Below are positions 23,158-33,472 of a stretch of DNA of 64,000 bases, piece by piece. Source of the DNA: Myxococcota bacterium. Its GTDB lineage: Bacteria; Myxococcota_A; UBA9042; PHBI01; JAWLBL01. The stretch lies in NCBI GenBank assembly GCA_041687695.1, contig JAWLBL010000005.1, positions 217,597 to 281,596 on the forward strand, given 5' to 3'. The notes below the pieces were generated by a model. It was not told the origin of the DNA, did not search any database, and worked only from the letters and a program-made list of their open reading frames with translations. Position numbers and translations under genes: made by a program. Numbering within the stretch: position 1 is the stretch's first letter; every line of letters begins with the position of its first letter.

Positions 23158-26100
23158 ATGTTCAAGCCCGTCTCCCAGAAGATCGACTTCCCGGCGAGCG
23201 AGAAGGACGTCCTCGCGTTCTGGAAGCGCGAAGGCATCTTCGAAAAGTCGCTGGCGCTGCGCGAAGGCCGCGACACCTTCGTCTTCTTCGAAGGGCCGCC
23301 GACCGCCAACGGGTTGCCGCACAACGGGCACGTCCTGACGCGCGTCATCAAGGACCTCTTCCCGCGCTACAAGACGATGCGGGGCTACCACGTGCCGCGC
23401 AAGGCAGGCTGGGACACGCACGGGCTGCCGGTCGAGGTCGAGGTCGAAAAGGAGCTCGGCATCCACGGCAAGGGCGAGATCGAGGCCTACGGCGTCGAGG
23501 CCTTCACGCGCAAGTGCGTCGAGTCGGTCTTCCGCTACACCGACGCCTGGCGCGAGCTGACCGAGCGCATCGGCTTCTGGGTGGACCTCGACGACGCCTA
23601 CGTCACCTACCACAAGAGCTTCGTCGAGTCGGTCTGGTGGGCGCTGAGCGAGCTGTTCAGAAAGGGCCTGCTGTACCAGGGCCACAAGGTCGTGTGGTGG
23701 TGGCCGCAGGGCGGCACCGCGCTGTCGAGCGGCGAGGTGGGCCTGGGCTACAAGACGGTCGACGACCCGGGCATCACGGTGAAGTTCCCGCTCAAGGAGG
23801 CCGACAGGACCTACTTCCTGGCGTGGACGACGACCCCGTGGACGCTGATCAGCAACTGCGCGCTGACCGTGCGCGAGGACCTGGTCTACGCCTGGGCGCG
23901 GCACACCGAGTCGGGCGAGGTCTACATCCTGGCCGAGGCGCTGCTCGACACGGTGCTGGGCGAGGGGACCTACACGGTCGAAAAGACCACGACCGGCGCC
24001 GAGCTGATGGGGCTCGAGTACCACCCGCTGTTCAGCTACGCCGAGCCCGAGGGCGGGCGCTACCACCTGGTCATCTCGGCCGACTTCGTCACGACCAGCG
24101 CCGGCACGGGCATCGTCCACACGGCGCCCGCCTTCGGCGAGGACGACAGCAAGGCGGCGCGCACCCACGGCGTGGGGATGCTGCAGCTGGTCAAGCCGGA
24201 CGGCACCTTCGACGCGCGCGTGACCGAGTTCGCGGGGCGCTTCTGCAAGGAGGCGGACCGCGACATCATCCGCAACCTCAAGCAGCGCGGGATGCTCTTC
24301 AAGGAAGAGGTGTACCGCCACGACTACCCGTTCTGCTGGCGCGCCGACAGCGACCCGCTCATCCAGTACGCGCGCCCGGCGTGGTTCATCCGCACGACCG
24401 AGGTCATCGAGCGGGCCAAGCGGAACAACCTCGAGATCGACTGGATCCCCGAGCACATCAAGACGGGGCGCTTCGGCGACTTCCTGGACAACAACGTCGA
24501 CTGGGCGCTGTCGCGCGAGCGCTTCTGGGGCACGCCGCTCAACATCTGGACCTGCGACCAGTGCGGGCACCGCGAGGCGCCGGCGTCGGCCAAGGAGATC
24601 CAGCGCAAGAACCCGCAGGCGTTCGGGGCCTTCGAGGCGGCGCGCGCGGCCGAGCCGGGGCTGAGCGAGCACCTGATGGTGCACAAGCCATGGATCGACG
24701 AGGTGCGCTGGGCGTGCGAGCAATGCGGCCAGGGCGTCATGCACCGCGTGCCCGAGGTCATCGACTGCTGGTTCGACTCGGGCTGCATGCCGTTCGCCCA
24801 GTGGGGCTGGCCGCACCAGGGTGAGGCGCAGTTCGAGCGCGCCTTCCCCGCCGACTTCATCAGCGAGGCCATCGACCAGACGCGCGGCTGGTTCTACAGC
24901 CTGCTGATGGTCTCGACCCTGCTCTTCGAGGACCGGCCGGCGCCGCACCCGTACAAGACGTGCATCGTGCTGGGGCACGTGTGCGACAAGACGGGCAAGA
25001 AGGAGTCCAAGAGCAAGGGCAACTACACGGCGCCCGAGCGCATCCTCGAGAGCGACGGCGCGGACGCGATGCGCTGGTACTTCTATGCGTCCAACCCGCC
25101 GTGGAACAACACGCGCTACAGCCCCGAGGCGGTGCGGCAGGGCCAGCAGGAGTTCCTGGTCAAGCTGCGCAACGTCTACAGCTTCTTCGTCATCTACGCG
25201 AACATCGATGGCTTCGACCCGACCGCGTCGCCGCGTCGCGCCGAGGCCGAGCGCAGCCAGCTGGACCGCTGGATGCTGAGCGAGCTGCACCTGACGCTGC
25301 GCGACGTCACCAAGCTGATGGACGACTACCGGCTGTACGAGGCGGCGCAGCGCATCATCAAGCTGACCGACGCGCTGTCCAACTGGTTCGTGCGGCGCAG
25401 CCGGCCGCGCTTCTGGGCCAGCGCCGACGGTCCGCAGGCCCAGGACAAGTGGGACGCGTACCACACCCTGTACGAGGTCCTGACCACGATGTGCGGGCTG
25501 GCGGCGCCCTTCGTGCCGTTCATCACCGAGGAGATCTACGCCAACCTGGTGCGGTCGGTGCGGCCCGACGCGCCCGAGAGCGTGCACCTGACCGACTGGC
25601 CCGAGGCGCGGCCCGAGCTGATGGACGAGCGCCTGAGCGAGGAGATGGCGGTCGTGCGCGAGCTGGTGAGCCTGGGGCTGGCGGCGCGCGCGGCCAACAA
25701 GGTCAAGGTGCGCCAGCCGCTGGCGGGGGCCGAGGTCATCCTGGGGCAGGCGGATCTGCTGCCGCGCATCGCGCCGTACGAGGCGCTGGTCGCCGAGGAG
25801 CTGAACGTCAAGCGGGTGACCTTCACGCAGGACGCGGGCGGCCGGGTGACCTTCGCGGTCAAGCCTAACTACCGGGCGCTGGGGCCGGTCTTCGGCAAGC
25901 GCATGCCGCTGGTGCGGGCGGCCATGGACGCGGCCGACCCCGAGGCGGTGCGCAAGGCGCTGGCGACCGACGGGCAGGTGACCGTGGCGCTGTCGGACGG
26001 CGAGCAGGCGACGCTGACGACCGAGCACGTTCAGGTGGCGGTCGAGGCCGTCGAGGGCTTCGCCGCCTCGGGGGGCGCCGCGGGCGTGGTCGTGCTGGAC

Positions 26101-26394
26101 ACGACCGTCACGCCGGAGCTGGTGGCCGAGGGGCTGGCGCGCGAGGTGACGAGCCGCATCCAGGGCGTGCGCAAGGACCAGAACTTCGACTACGAGGCGC
26201 GCATCCGGGTGCACGTCACGGGCGACGCCGAGGTCGTGGCCGCCTGCCGGCAGTTCGCGGGCGAGATCGCCGGCGAGACGCTGGCGAGCGAGTTCGTGGT
26301 CGTCGAGTCGGCGGAGGACGTGCCCGAGGGGGGCGCGCGGGCGGCGAGCGAGGTGGACGGCAAGGCGGTGCAGGTGCGCGTCGAGCCGGTCTGA
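23158..26394 (+). CDS. ileS: Isoleucine--tRNA ligase, type 2 (eukaryote-like)
   Basis: EGPPTANGLPHNGH, GWDTHGLPVE, AWTTTPWTL, DWALSRERFWG, EAIDQTRGWF, EELNVK, EGLAREV; no C-terminal Zn finger. Confidence 0.96.
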   Translation: MFKPVSQKIDFPASEKDVLAFWKREGIFEKSLALREGRDTFVFFEGPPTANGLPHNGHVLTRVIKDLFPRYKTMRGYHVPRKAGWDTHGLPVEVEVEKELGIHGKGEIEAYGVEAFTRKCVESVFRYTDAWRELTERIGFWVDLDDAYVTYHKSFVESVWWALSELFRKGLLYQGHKVVWWWPQGGTALSSGEVGLGYKTVDDPGITVKFPLKEADRTYFLAWTTTPWTLISNCALTVREDLVYAWARHTESGEVYILAEALLDTVLGEGTYTVEKTTTGAELMGLEYHPLFSYAEPEGGRYHLVISADFVTTSAGTGIVHTAPAFGEDDSKAARTHGVGMLQLVKPDGTFDARVTEFAGRFCKEADRDIIRNLKQRGMLFKEEVYRHDYPFCWRADSDPLIQYARPAWFIRTTEVIERAKRNNLEIDWIPEHIKTGRFGDFLDNNVDWALSRERFWGTPLNIWTCDQCGHREAPASAKEIQRKNPQAFGAFEAARAAEPGLSEHLMVHKPWIDEVRWACEQCGQGVMHRVPEVIDCWFDSGCMPFAQWGWPHQGEAQFERAFPADFISEAIDQTRGWFYSLLMVSTLLFEDRPAPHPYKTCIVLGHVCDKTGKKESKSKGNYTAPERILESDGADAMRWYFYASNPPWNNTRYSPEAVRQGQQEFLVKLRNVYSFFVIYANIDGFDPTASPRRAEAERSQLDRWMLSELHLTLRDVTKLMDDYRLYEAAQRIIKLTDALSNWFVRRSRPRFWASADGPQAQDKWDAYHTLYEVLTTMCGLAAPFVPFITEEIYANLVRSVRPDAPESVHLTDWPEARPELMDERLSEEMAVVRELVSLGLAARAANKVKVRQPLAGAEVILGQADLLPRIAPYEALVAEELNVKRVTFTQDAGGRVTFAVKPNYRALGPVFGKRMPLVRAAMDAADPEAVRKALATDGQVTVALSDGEQATLTTEHVQVAVEAVEGFAASGGAAGVVVLDTTVTPELVAEGLAREVTSRIQGVRKDQNFDYEARIRVHVTGDAEVVAACRQFAGEIAGETLASEFVVVESAEDVPEGGARAASEVDGKAVQVRVEPV

Positions 26395-26513
26395 GCGGCG
26401 GGGGCCGCGGCGCCGGCGTGCCGAACTGAGCGCCCGTACAATTCTGCCAAATGCGATTGGGACGAGGGGAGCGTTCGTGTACCCTCTGCCGGCGGCGACG
26501 GCGGGGGTGGAGC

Positions 26514-28091
26514 ATGAAGGCGGCCTTGGGCGTGGGGATGGCGCTTTGCTTGGCAGCGGCGACCGTGGGCGCCTGCGGTGACGGCGTCGAGCAGCGCGGG
26601 GGGCTGAAGTTCGTCGACGACGCGCGGGCGGCCGACGTGCCGTGGCCCGACGGGTGGACGGGCGAGCACGACGGCTGGAGCGAGCTGCAGGGCGACGGGG
26701 GCGGCGGCGACGTCGGGGCGGACCCGGGCGAGGACGTGCCGGTCGGCGAGGACGTGCCGGTCGGCGAGGACGTGCCCGGGGCGGACGCGGACGGCGGCGG
26801 CGGTGACGCCGTGACGATCGATGTCGGCGGGGGCGAGGACGCCGGCGCGGGAGAGGACGGCTACGGCGAGGACGCGACGCACTCCGAGGTCGCCGAGGAC
26901 GGCGGCTGCCTGGACGCGTGCGACGACGGCGAGGTGCGCTGCGCCGAGGACGCCGAGACGGGGGCGGCGCTGCTCGAGGTGTGCCAGGAGGACGCGCAGA
27001 CCGGGTGCTGGGGGTGGTCGGGTGTCATCCCCTGCGACGACGGCGATCCATGCACCTACGACGTCTGCTCCGACGAGTTGGGGTGCCACGCCGCGGAAGT
27101 GCCCTGCGACGACGGCAACCCCTGCACCATCGACGTGTGCCAGCCCGGCGTGGGGTGCCAGCATCAGCCCAAGGGCGGCCCGTGCGAGGACGGCGACGCC
27201 TGCACGGTCGGCGACGCCTGCACGGACGGGGTCTGCGAGCCGGGCGCCGCGAAGGCCTGCAACGACGGCAACGGATGCACCGACGACGCCTGCGACCCGG
27301 TGACCGGCGGGTGCGTGTTCACGCCCAACACCACGGGCTGCCACGACGGCAACCCCTGCACGCAGAACGACAAGTGCTCCGGCGGGTACTGCAAGGGCGG
27401 CGCGCCGGCCGACTGCGACGACGGCAACGTCTGCACCACCGACACCTGCGACCCGGCCAGCGGCTGCGTGCACACGCCCAACGCGCCGTGCGACGACGGC
27501 AACCCGTGCACCGACGACACCTGCGACCCGGTGATCGGCTGCGTCCACACGCCCAACACGGCGGCGTGCAACGACGGCAACGCCTGCACGACGGCGGACA
27601 GCTGCAAGGGCGGCGTGTGCGTGGGTGGGCCGCCGCCGAGCTGCGCCGACCAGGACGGGTGCACGGCGAACCTGTGCGACCCGGCCAAGGGCTGCGTGTT
27701 CCCGTTCGCCAACGCCGTCGAGTACGGGGGCAGCGCCTACTTCATCTGCAAGTCCGACCGCAAGTGGACCGACGCGCGCGACTACTGCGCGTCCAAGGGC
27801 TACTACCTGGTGACGGTGAACGACGCGGCCGAGCACCTGTTCCTGGCGACGGCGACCGCGGCGGTCCAGAGCGGCAAGGCCTGGATCGGGCGCCACGACC
27901 GCTCCAAGGAAGGCAAGTGGGAGTGGGTCCACGGCAGCTCGGACTTCAAGCAGTGGTGCAAGGACGAGCCGAACGACGGCGGGTGGTTCGCCACCGAGGA
28001 CTGCGCCGAGATGAACGCGTGCGCGGGCGGCGGCTGGAACGACACCGAGTGCTGGGACGACAACGCCTTCATCTGCGAGAAGAAGCTCTGA
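26514..28091 (+). CDS. Lipoprotein with acidic linker, CDDGNPCTxDxC Cys-rich repeats and a C-terminal C-type lectin domain
   Basis: VGAC lipobox; about 9 repeats; WIG, EPND, EDCAEM, WNDTEC, FICE. Confidence 0.88.
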   Translation: MKAALGVGMALCLAAATVGACGDGVEQRGGLKFVDDARAADVPWPDGWTGEHDGWSELQGDGGGGDVGADPGEDVPVGEDVPVGEDVPGADADGGGGDAVTIDVGGGEDAGAGEDGYGEDATHSEVAEDGGCLDACDDGEVRCAEDAETGAALLEVCQEDAQTGCWGWSGVIPCDDGDPCTYDVCSDELGCHAAEVPCDDGNPCTIDVCQPGVGCQHQPKGGPCEDGDACTVGDACTDGVCEPGAAKACNDGNGCTDDACDPVTGGCVFTPNTTGCHDGNPCTQNDKCSGGYCKGGAPADCDDGNVCTTDTCDPASGCVHTPNAPCDDGNPCTDDTCDPVIGCVHTPNTAACNDGNACTTADSCKGGVCVGGPPPSCADQDGCTANLCDPAKGCVFPFANAVEYGGSAYFICKSDRKWTDARDYCASKGYYLVTVNDAAEHLFLATATAAVQSGKAWIGRHDRSKEGKWEWVHGSSDFKQWCKDEPNDGGWFATEDCAEMNACAGGGWNDTECWDDNAFICEKKL

Positions 28092-28104
28092 GCGGGCGGC
28101 CGGG

Positions 28105-30684
28105 TCAGGTCGTTCGCTTCAGCAGCTTCTCCAGCACCTTCTTCGTCAGGCCCTGCTTGACGGCGTAGAAGTCGGCCCAGGGGTCCTGCCGCAGCGAGGC
28201 CAGGCGGTCGGGCAGGTTGCGGACGTTCCACGCGTCGGGGCGCGTCCGCTCGTCCAGCTCGTCCCAGGCCAGCGGCGCCGCGACCGTCGCCCCGGGCCGG
28301 GCGCGCGAGGAGAAGGCGGCGACGAAGGTGGCGCTGCGGCCGTTGCGGAGGTAGTCGATGAAGATCTTGCCGCGCCGCTTGGCCTTGCTGAGGGTGGCCG
28401 TGTAGCGGTCCGGGTCGGTGCGGACCAGATCGCGAGCGACCGCGTGGGCGAAGGCCTTGACCTCGTCCCAGCCGAAGTGCCGCCGGATGGGGACCTCGAC
28501 GTGCAGGCCCTTGCCGCCGGTGGTCTTGAGGAAGCTGACGAGGCCCAGCTCGGCCAGGCGGTCGCGCACGGCGAAGGCGCCCTCCACCACGCGCGCCCAG
28601 GGCAGGTCGGCGTCCGGATCGAGGTCGAACACGACCCGGTCGGGCCGCTCGACGTCCGCCAGGGTCGCGCCCCAGGTGTGGATCTCCAGCGCGCCCGCCT
28701 GCACCAGGGCGATGAGGCCAGCCAGCGAGTCTATCGCAATGTATGGCGCCTCCTCGCCGCTGTCCTCGCTCAGCTGGACGCGCAGCACATCATCCGTCAG
28801 CGTCTCGCGTGCGTGGCGCTGGTAGAAGCAGTGGCCGCTTGCGCCCTTCGGGCAGCGCACCAGCGTCAGCGGACGCCGCGCCATGTGCGGCAGGACGTGG
28901 TCGGCGATGGCGACGTAGTACTCGGCCAGCTCGCGCTTGGTCACGCCCTGCCGGTCGAACAGCACGCGGTCGGGGTGGGTCAGGCGCACGCCCGCCACCT
29001 CGACCGAGCCGTCCTTGCGCGCGCGGGTGACCGCGGGTGTCGCCTCCGTCCCCCTGGACGGCAGGGGCGCGGGCCGCTCGGGCGTCACCTCGTCCGCGGC
29101 CTTGTCCTCGCGCAGGCCCTTGAACGACGGGTGCCGCAGCAACCCCTCGCTGGTCCACTCGGTGAACTCGACCTCGGCCACCAGCTTCGGCGTGACCCAG
29201 TGCACGCCGCTCGACGCACGCGTCAGCTCGCGCGGCGTCTCGGCCAGCGGCGACGTCTTGCGCTCGAGCCGCCGCAGGCGCCCGTGCAGGTCGCGCAGCG
29301 TCGCCTCGTCGAACCCGGTCCCGACGCGCCCGGCGTAGCGCAGCCCGCCGTCGCCCCCGTCCTGATGCACCGCCACGACCAGCGCGCCGAACCCGGTGCG
29401 CCCGCCCTTCGGGTCGGTCCACCCGACCACGACCAGCTCCTGTCGGTTCGTGCACTTGACCTTCAGCCAGTCCCGCGTCCGCTTTCCCTGGTACCGGGCG
29501 TCGCGTCGCTTGCTGACGATGCCCTCCAGCCGATGCTCGCAGGCCCGCCGGAAGAACGCCCCGCCCTGCCCCACCACATGGTCGCCGTAACGCACGAAGC
29601 CCCCCACGCCGCCCGCCGCCCCCTCGAGCAGCGCCCGCAGCGCCTCCTTGCGCGCCTCCAGCGGCGCCCCGGTCAGGTCCTGCTCGTCCAGATGCAGCAG
29701 ATCGAAGGCGAAATAGACCAGCCGCTCCTGCGCCCGGTCGTGGATGGCCGTCTGCAGCGCCTGGAAGTCGGTCGTCCCGTCCGGCTGCAGCACGACCACC
29801 TCGCCGTCGAGCAGCGCCGCCTCGACCGGCAGCGCCGCCAGCGCCCGCGCCAGCCCCGGCATCTTCCGCGTCCAGTCCTGCCCGCGCCGCGTGATGAGCC
29901 GCACGCGACCGCCCTCCACCCGCGCCAGCAGGCGATAGCCGTCGTACTTCATCTCGTGCAGCCAGCGGTCGCCCTCCGGCGCCTGCGCCACCAGCGTCGC
30001 CAGCTGCGGCGTCGGCGCCTCGGGCAGCCTGCGCCGCCGCGCCCCCGGCACCTGCGGGATCTCCACCCGCGCCGCCGGCTCCATCCGCCGCTCGCCGTCC
30101 TCGCTGTCCCACACCCGGTCGGCCGCCTGGGCGATGGCGTCCATCGACCGCCCGGTCAGCACGCTCGCCGGCCGCTCCGCCGCCACGTCGCTGCCCGGCG
30201 CCGCCGCCTCGTCGCGCGCCTTGAACAGCAGCCAGCTCTCCTTGTCCCCGCCCCCGCCCCGGCCCTTCGTCCGCACCAGGTGCCACTCCCCGCGCAGCTT
30301 GTCGCCCTCGAGCCGGAACCGCAGGTGCCCCTTGCGCAGCATCGCCTGCGGGTCCCCCTCCGGCGCCCACCGCCCGCGGTCCCACACCATCACCGTCCCG
30401 CCCCCGTACTGCCCCTTCGGGATGATCCCCTCGAAGTCCCGATAGTCCACCGGGTGGTCCTCGGTCCGCATCGCCAGCCGCTTGACCTGCGGGTCCAGGC
30501 TCGGCCCCTTGGGCACCGCCCAGCTCAGCAGCACCCCCTCCAGCTCCAGCCGGAAGTCGTAGTGCAGGTGGCTCGCCGCGTGCTTGTGCACCACGAACGC
30601 GAACGGCGCGGCGCCGGCCTCCTCGCCGCTCGGCTCGGGGGTCCGGCTGAAGTCGCGCATCCTCTGGTACCTCTCGAGCCCCAT
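28105..30684 (-). CDS. ligD: DNA ligase D (phosphoesterase-ligase-polymerase)
   Basis: HYDFRLE, SWAVPKGPS, EMKYDGYR, EGIVSK, WLKVK, DLDPD, KTTGGKGLH, IDYLRN. Confidence 0.96.
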   Translation of the reverse strand: MGLERYQRMRDFSRTPEPSGEEAGAAPFAFVVHKHAASHLHYDFRLELEGVLLSWAVPKGPSLDPQVKRLAMRTEDHPVDYRDFEGIIPKGQYGGGTVMVWDRGRWAPEGDPQAMLRKGHLRFRLEGDKLRGEWHLVRTKGRGGGGDKESWLLFKARDEAAAPGSDVAAERPASVLTGRSMDAIAQAADRVWDSEDGERRMEPAARVEIPQVPGARRRRLPEAPTPQLATLVAQAPEGDRWLHEMKYDGYRLLARVEGGRVRLITRRGQDWTRKMPGLARALAALPVEAALLDGEVVVLQPDGTTDFQALQTAIHDRAQERLVYFAFDLLHLDEQDLTGAPLEARKEALRALLEGAAGGVGGFVRYGDHVVGQGGAFFRRACEHRLEGIVSKRRDARYQGKRTRDWLKVKCTNRQELVVVGWTDPKGGRTGFGALVVAVHQDGGDGGLRYAGRVGTGFDEATLRDLHGRLRRLERKTSPLAETPRELTRASSGVHWVTPKLVAEVEFTEWTSEGLLRHPSFKGLREDKAADEVTPERPAPLPSRGTEATPAVTRARKDGSVEVAGVRLTHPDRVLFDRQGVTKRELAEYYVAIADHVLPHMARRPLTLVRCPKGASGHCFYQRHARETLTDDVLRVQLSEDSGEEAPYIAIDSLAGLIALVQAGALEIHTWGATLADVERPDRVVFDLDPDADLPWARVVEGAFAVRDRLAELGLVSFLKTTGGKGLHVEVPIRRHFGWDEVKAFAHAVARDLVRTDPDRYTATLSKAKRRGKIFIDYLRNGRSATFVAAFSSRARPGATVAAPLAWDELDERTRPDAWNVRNLPDRLASLRQDPWADFYAVKQGLTKKVLEKLLKRTT

Positions 30685-30709
30685 CGGCCCGCCTCCTCGC
30701 CTCCGTCCC

Positions 30710-31636
30710 TCAGCCCTTCGCCTTCTTCGGCGCCTTGCCCGCCTTCTTCTTCGCGGGCGCCTCCTCCTCACCCTCGCGCGCCGCCGCCCGCGCTTCCTTC
30801 GCCGCCTCCGCCCGCCCCGCGTCCGCCTGCGACGCCCGATCGCCCGACGCCGCCCGGGCCACGCTCTTCTTCAGCAGGCTCATCAGGTCGATGACCTCGG
30901 CCTCCTCGCGCTCGTAGGCCGGGTGCGCCACCGCCTCCACCGCGCCCGACTTCACCTTCTGGTCGATGAGCGCCATCAGGTCGTCGCGGTACTCGTCGCG
31001 GTACTTCTCCGGCTCCCACGGCGCCACCAGCTGCTCCACCAGCTGCTCGGCCATCTTGACCTCGCGGTCGGTGACGCCCAGCTCGTCCAGCGCCTCGCCC
31101 GGGACGTCGATCTCCTCGGGCTCCCGCAGCTCGTGGGCGTAACGCATCAGCTCCAGCACCAGGTGCTCGCCGCGCACGACCACCGCCGCCAGGTACTGCC
31201 GCGTCCGGATGACCACCTTGGCGATGCCCACCTTGCCGGTCCGCCGCAGCGTCTCGCGCAAGAGCGCATAGGGCTTCCACCCCTTCTTGGTCGGCCCGAG
31301 GTAGTAGGGCTTGTCGTAGTACACGAGGTCGATGGCCTCGCCGTCGACGAAGTCGCAGATGTCGATGGTCTGCGTCGCCTCGACGTTCGCCGCCGCCAGA
31401 TCCTCGTCGGTCACCACGACGTACTCGCCCTTGTCGTACTCCCAGCCCTTGACGATCTCCTCGTGGGGCACCGGCTCGCCCGAGACCTTGTTCACCCGCT
31501 CGTAGCCGACCGGCGCCATGTTCCGCTGGTCGAGCATCTTGAAGTGCAGATCGCTGCGGCTCTCGGCGCTGTACAGCGCCACCGGGATCTGCACGAGGCC
31601 GAAGCTGATGCTCCCCTTCCAGATCGAGCGCGGCAT
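30710..31636 (-). CDS. ku: NHEJ Ku protein
   Basis: MPRSIWKGSISFGLVQIPV, YYDKPYYL, VIDLMSLLKKS, basic tail. Confidence 0.96.
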   Translation of the reverse strand: MPRSIWKGSISFGLVQIPVALYSAESRSDLHFKMLDQRNMAPVGYERVNKVSGEPVPHEEIVKGWEYDKGEYVVVTDEDLAAANVEATQTIDICDFVDGEAIDLVYYDKPYYLGPTKKGWKPYALLRETLRRTGKVGIAKVVIRTRQYLAAVVVRGEHLVLELMRYAHELREPEEIDVPGEALDELGVTDREVKMAEQLVEQLVAPWEPEKYRDEYRDDLMALIDQKVKSGAVEAVAHPAYEREEAEVIDLMSLLKKSVARAASGDRASQADAGRAEAAKEARAAAREGEEEAPAKKKAGKAPKKAKG

Positions 31637-31769
31637 GGTCCCTCCGGGCGACGGTTCCAACCAGAGCCGTAAGGCCGCGCAATCACACTTCAACTTCAGC
31701 CGTCAGCGGCCATCGCCGTCCTCCGTTTGCGCTTACCTTTCGACAGGATAGACACCCCGGAGCGCCACC

Positions 31770-32729
31770 ATGCCCCACCCCTCGGCGCGGCCCTGCCCCC
31801 CGCGCGTGTGCATCATCGCCAACCGGCGCGCCGGGTCGGCGGGCGCGCTGGCCGACCTGGAAAGCACGCTCGACCGACACCCCGAGGTGACCCTGCTCGA
31901 GCCGACCGACGCCGCCGCCTGCCGCGACGCCGCCGCCAGCGCCGTGCGCGAGGGCTACCCCGTCATCGCCGCCGCGGGGGGCGACGGCACCGTCAGCGCC
32001 GCCGCGACCGGCCTGATGCGCGCCCTCGGCCACCCCGACAGCCGCACGACCCGCGCCCCCTGCCGCTTCGGCATCCTGCCCCTCGGCACGGGCAACGACC
32101 TCGCCCGCACGCTGGCCATCCCCTTCGACCCCGTCGAGGCCTTCGACCTGCTGACCCGCGGCGAGGTGCGGCCCATGGATCTCTTGCGCGCTCGCACCAG
32201 CGTCGGCGACCTCTGGGTGACCAACATGATCAACGGCGGCCTGGGCGGGCGCGTCGCCGAGGCCGTCGACCCGGACGCCAAGGCGCGCTGGGGGCCGCTC
32301 GCCTACCTGGCCACCGCCGTGTCCACCCTGTCCGAGCGCACCGACTACCACACCATGGTCACGCTCGACGGCGAGCCGCCGCGGCGCGTCGACGCCGTCA
32401 ACGTCTTCGTCGCCAACGCCCGCACCGTCGCCGGCGGGTTCGCCGCCGCGCCCATGGCCGACGTCGAGGACGGGCTGCTCGATCTCGTCATCGTGCGCGA
32501 CGCGGGCCTGCTGGATCTGGCCGGGGTGGCCGCGCGCCTCATCGCCGGGGACCTGACCCACAGCGACGCGGTGATGCACGCCCGCGCCCGGCGCGTCCGC
32601 CTGGAGTCCGAGCCGCCGATGGCCTTCAACCTCGATGGCGAAGTGCTCCCCGAGGGGCCCCTCGACGTCACCGTGGTCCCGGGCGCGCTCCCGATCGTGG
32701 TGGGCCCGGACTACGCGCGCCCGACGTGA
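31770..32729 (+). CDS. YegS/Rv2252/BmrU diacylglycerol-kinase-family lipid kinase
   Basis: AAGGDGTV, ILPLGTGNDLAR, DGLLDLV, NLDGE. Confidence 0.9.
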   Translation: MPHPSARPCPPRVCIIANRRAGSAGALADLESTLDRHPEVTLLEPTDAAACRDAAASAVREGYPVIAAAGGDGTVSAAATGLMRALGHPDSRTTRAPCRFGILPLGTGNDLARTLAIPFDPVEAFDLLTRGEVRPMDLLRARTSVGDLWVTNMINGGLGGRVAEAVDPDAKARWGPLAYLATAVSTLSERTDYHTMVTLDGEPPRRVDAVNVFVANARTVAGGFAAAPMADVEDGLLDLVIVRDAGLLDLAGVAARLIAGDLTHSDAVMHARARRVRLESEPPMAFNLDGEVLPEGPLDVTVVPGALPIVVGPDYARPT

Positions 32730-33200
32730 CGACGGATCGCGGCGGATCGCGCGAAATCCCCCGGCCGCGACGACGGCGAAAATCCCCTTTCCGTTCGGTA
32801 CTTTTGGCTTCGCGGGCCGTCGGAGCGCCGCCGGCCCGCGTCGACGGCCGTCCCCGTCACATCGCAGGGCGCGGACTCTTCCCCAACCCGTGGCATCCCC
32901 GATCAGCCCACGATTTCATGCCCTTATGGGAAGTATCTCGCGCAGCCCCGCTGCGGTGCACGGCAACACCCATGCCCTTGACCACCCGACGGCCGCCCCC
33001 TACCGTTTCCATCATCCGGTGCGGACACGTGATTCGCTCCGCTCGCGCACGGCTCGCCCCCTCGATGGACCCGGGGCGACCCGCCGGAGCGGCGCAGCAC
33101 GACCCACCGCGGCACCCCGAAACGGACCGCATCCTGGCCATCGTCACCCGTCGCCCAGGACGCGTCCGTCCATCACCAGCACCCACCCGGAGGAACCACC

Positions 33201-33401
33201 ATGCCCATGTATTCCGTCGCCTATGGCACCGAGACGCACGAGTTCGACAGCCGCATGGAGGCCATCGAGGCCGCCAAGGAGATGAGCGACGACAAGCGCG
33301 GCACCGTGATGGTGCAGGACGAGACCGAGCGCGAGCAGCTCATCTACAAGTACGGCGAGCTCGACTCCTACACGCTGGATCTGCGCCGCCGTCGCAAGTA
33401 G
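33201..33401 (+). CDS. Small hypothetical protein (66 aa)
   Basis: GGAGG RBS, strong GC3 bias, normal amino-acid composition, palindrome immediately downstream. Confidence 0.7.
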   Translation: MPMYSVAYGTETHEFDSRMEAIEAAKEMSDDKRGTVMVQDETEREQLIYKYGELDSYTLDLRRRRK

Positions 33402-33423
33402 CGACCGCGCCAGCGTCCGCGAG

Positions 33424-33445
33424 CGGCCCGGGACGTCCCGGGCCG
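33424..33445. terminator. Perfect 22-bp palindrome downstream of the small ORF
   Basis: CGGCCCGGGAC-GTCCCGGGCCG. Confidence 0.5.
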
Positions 33446-33472
33446 TGTCGTTTCGAACGCCGGCCACGGCCG

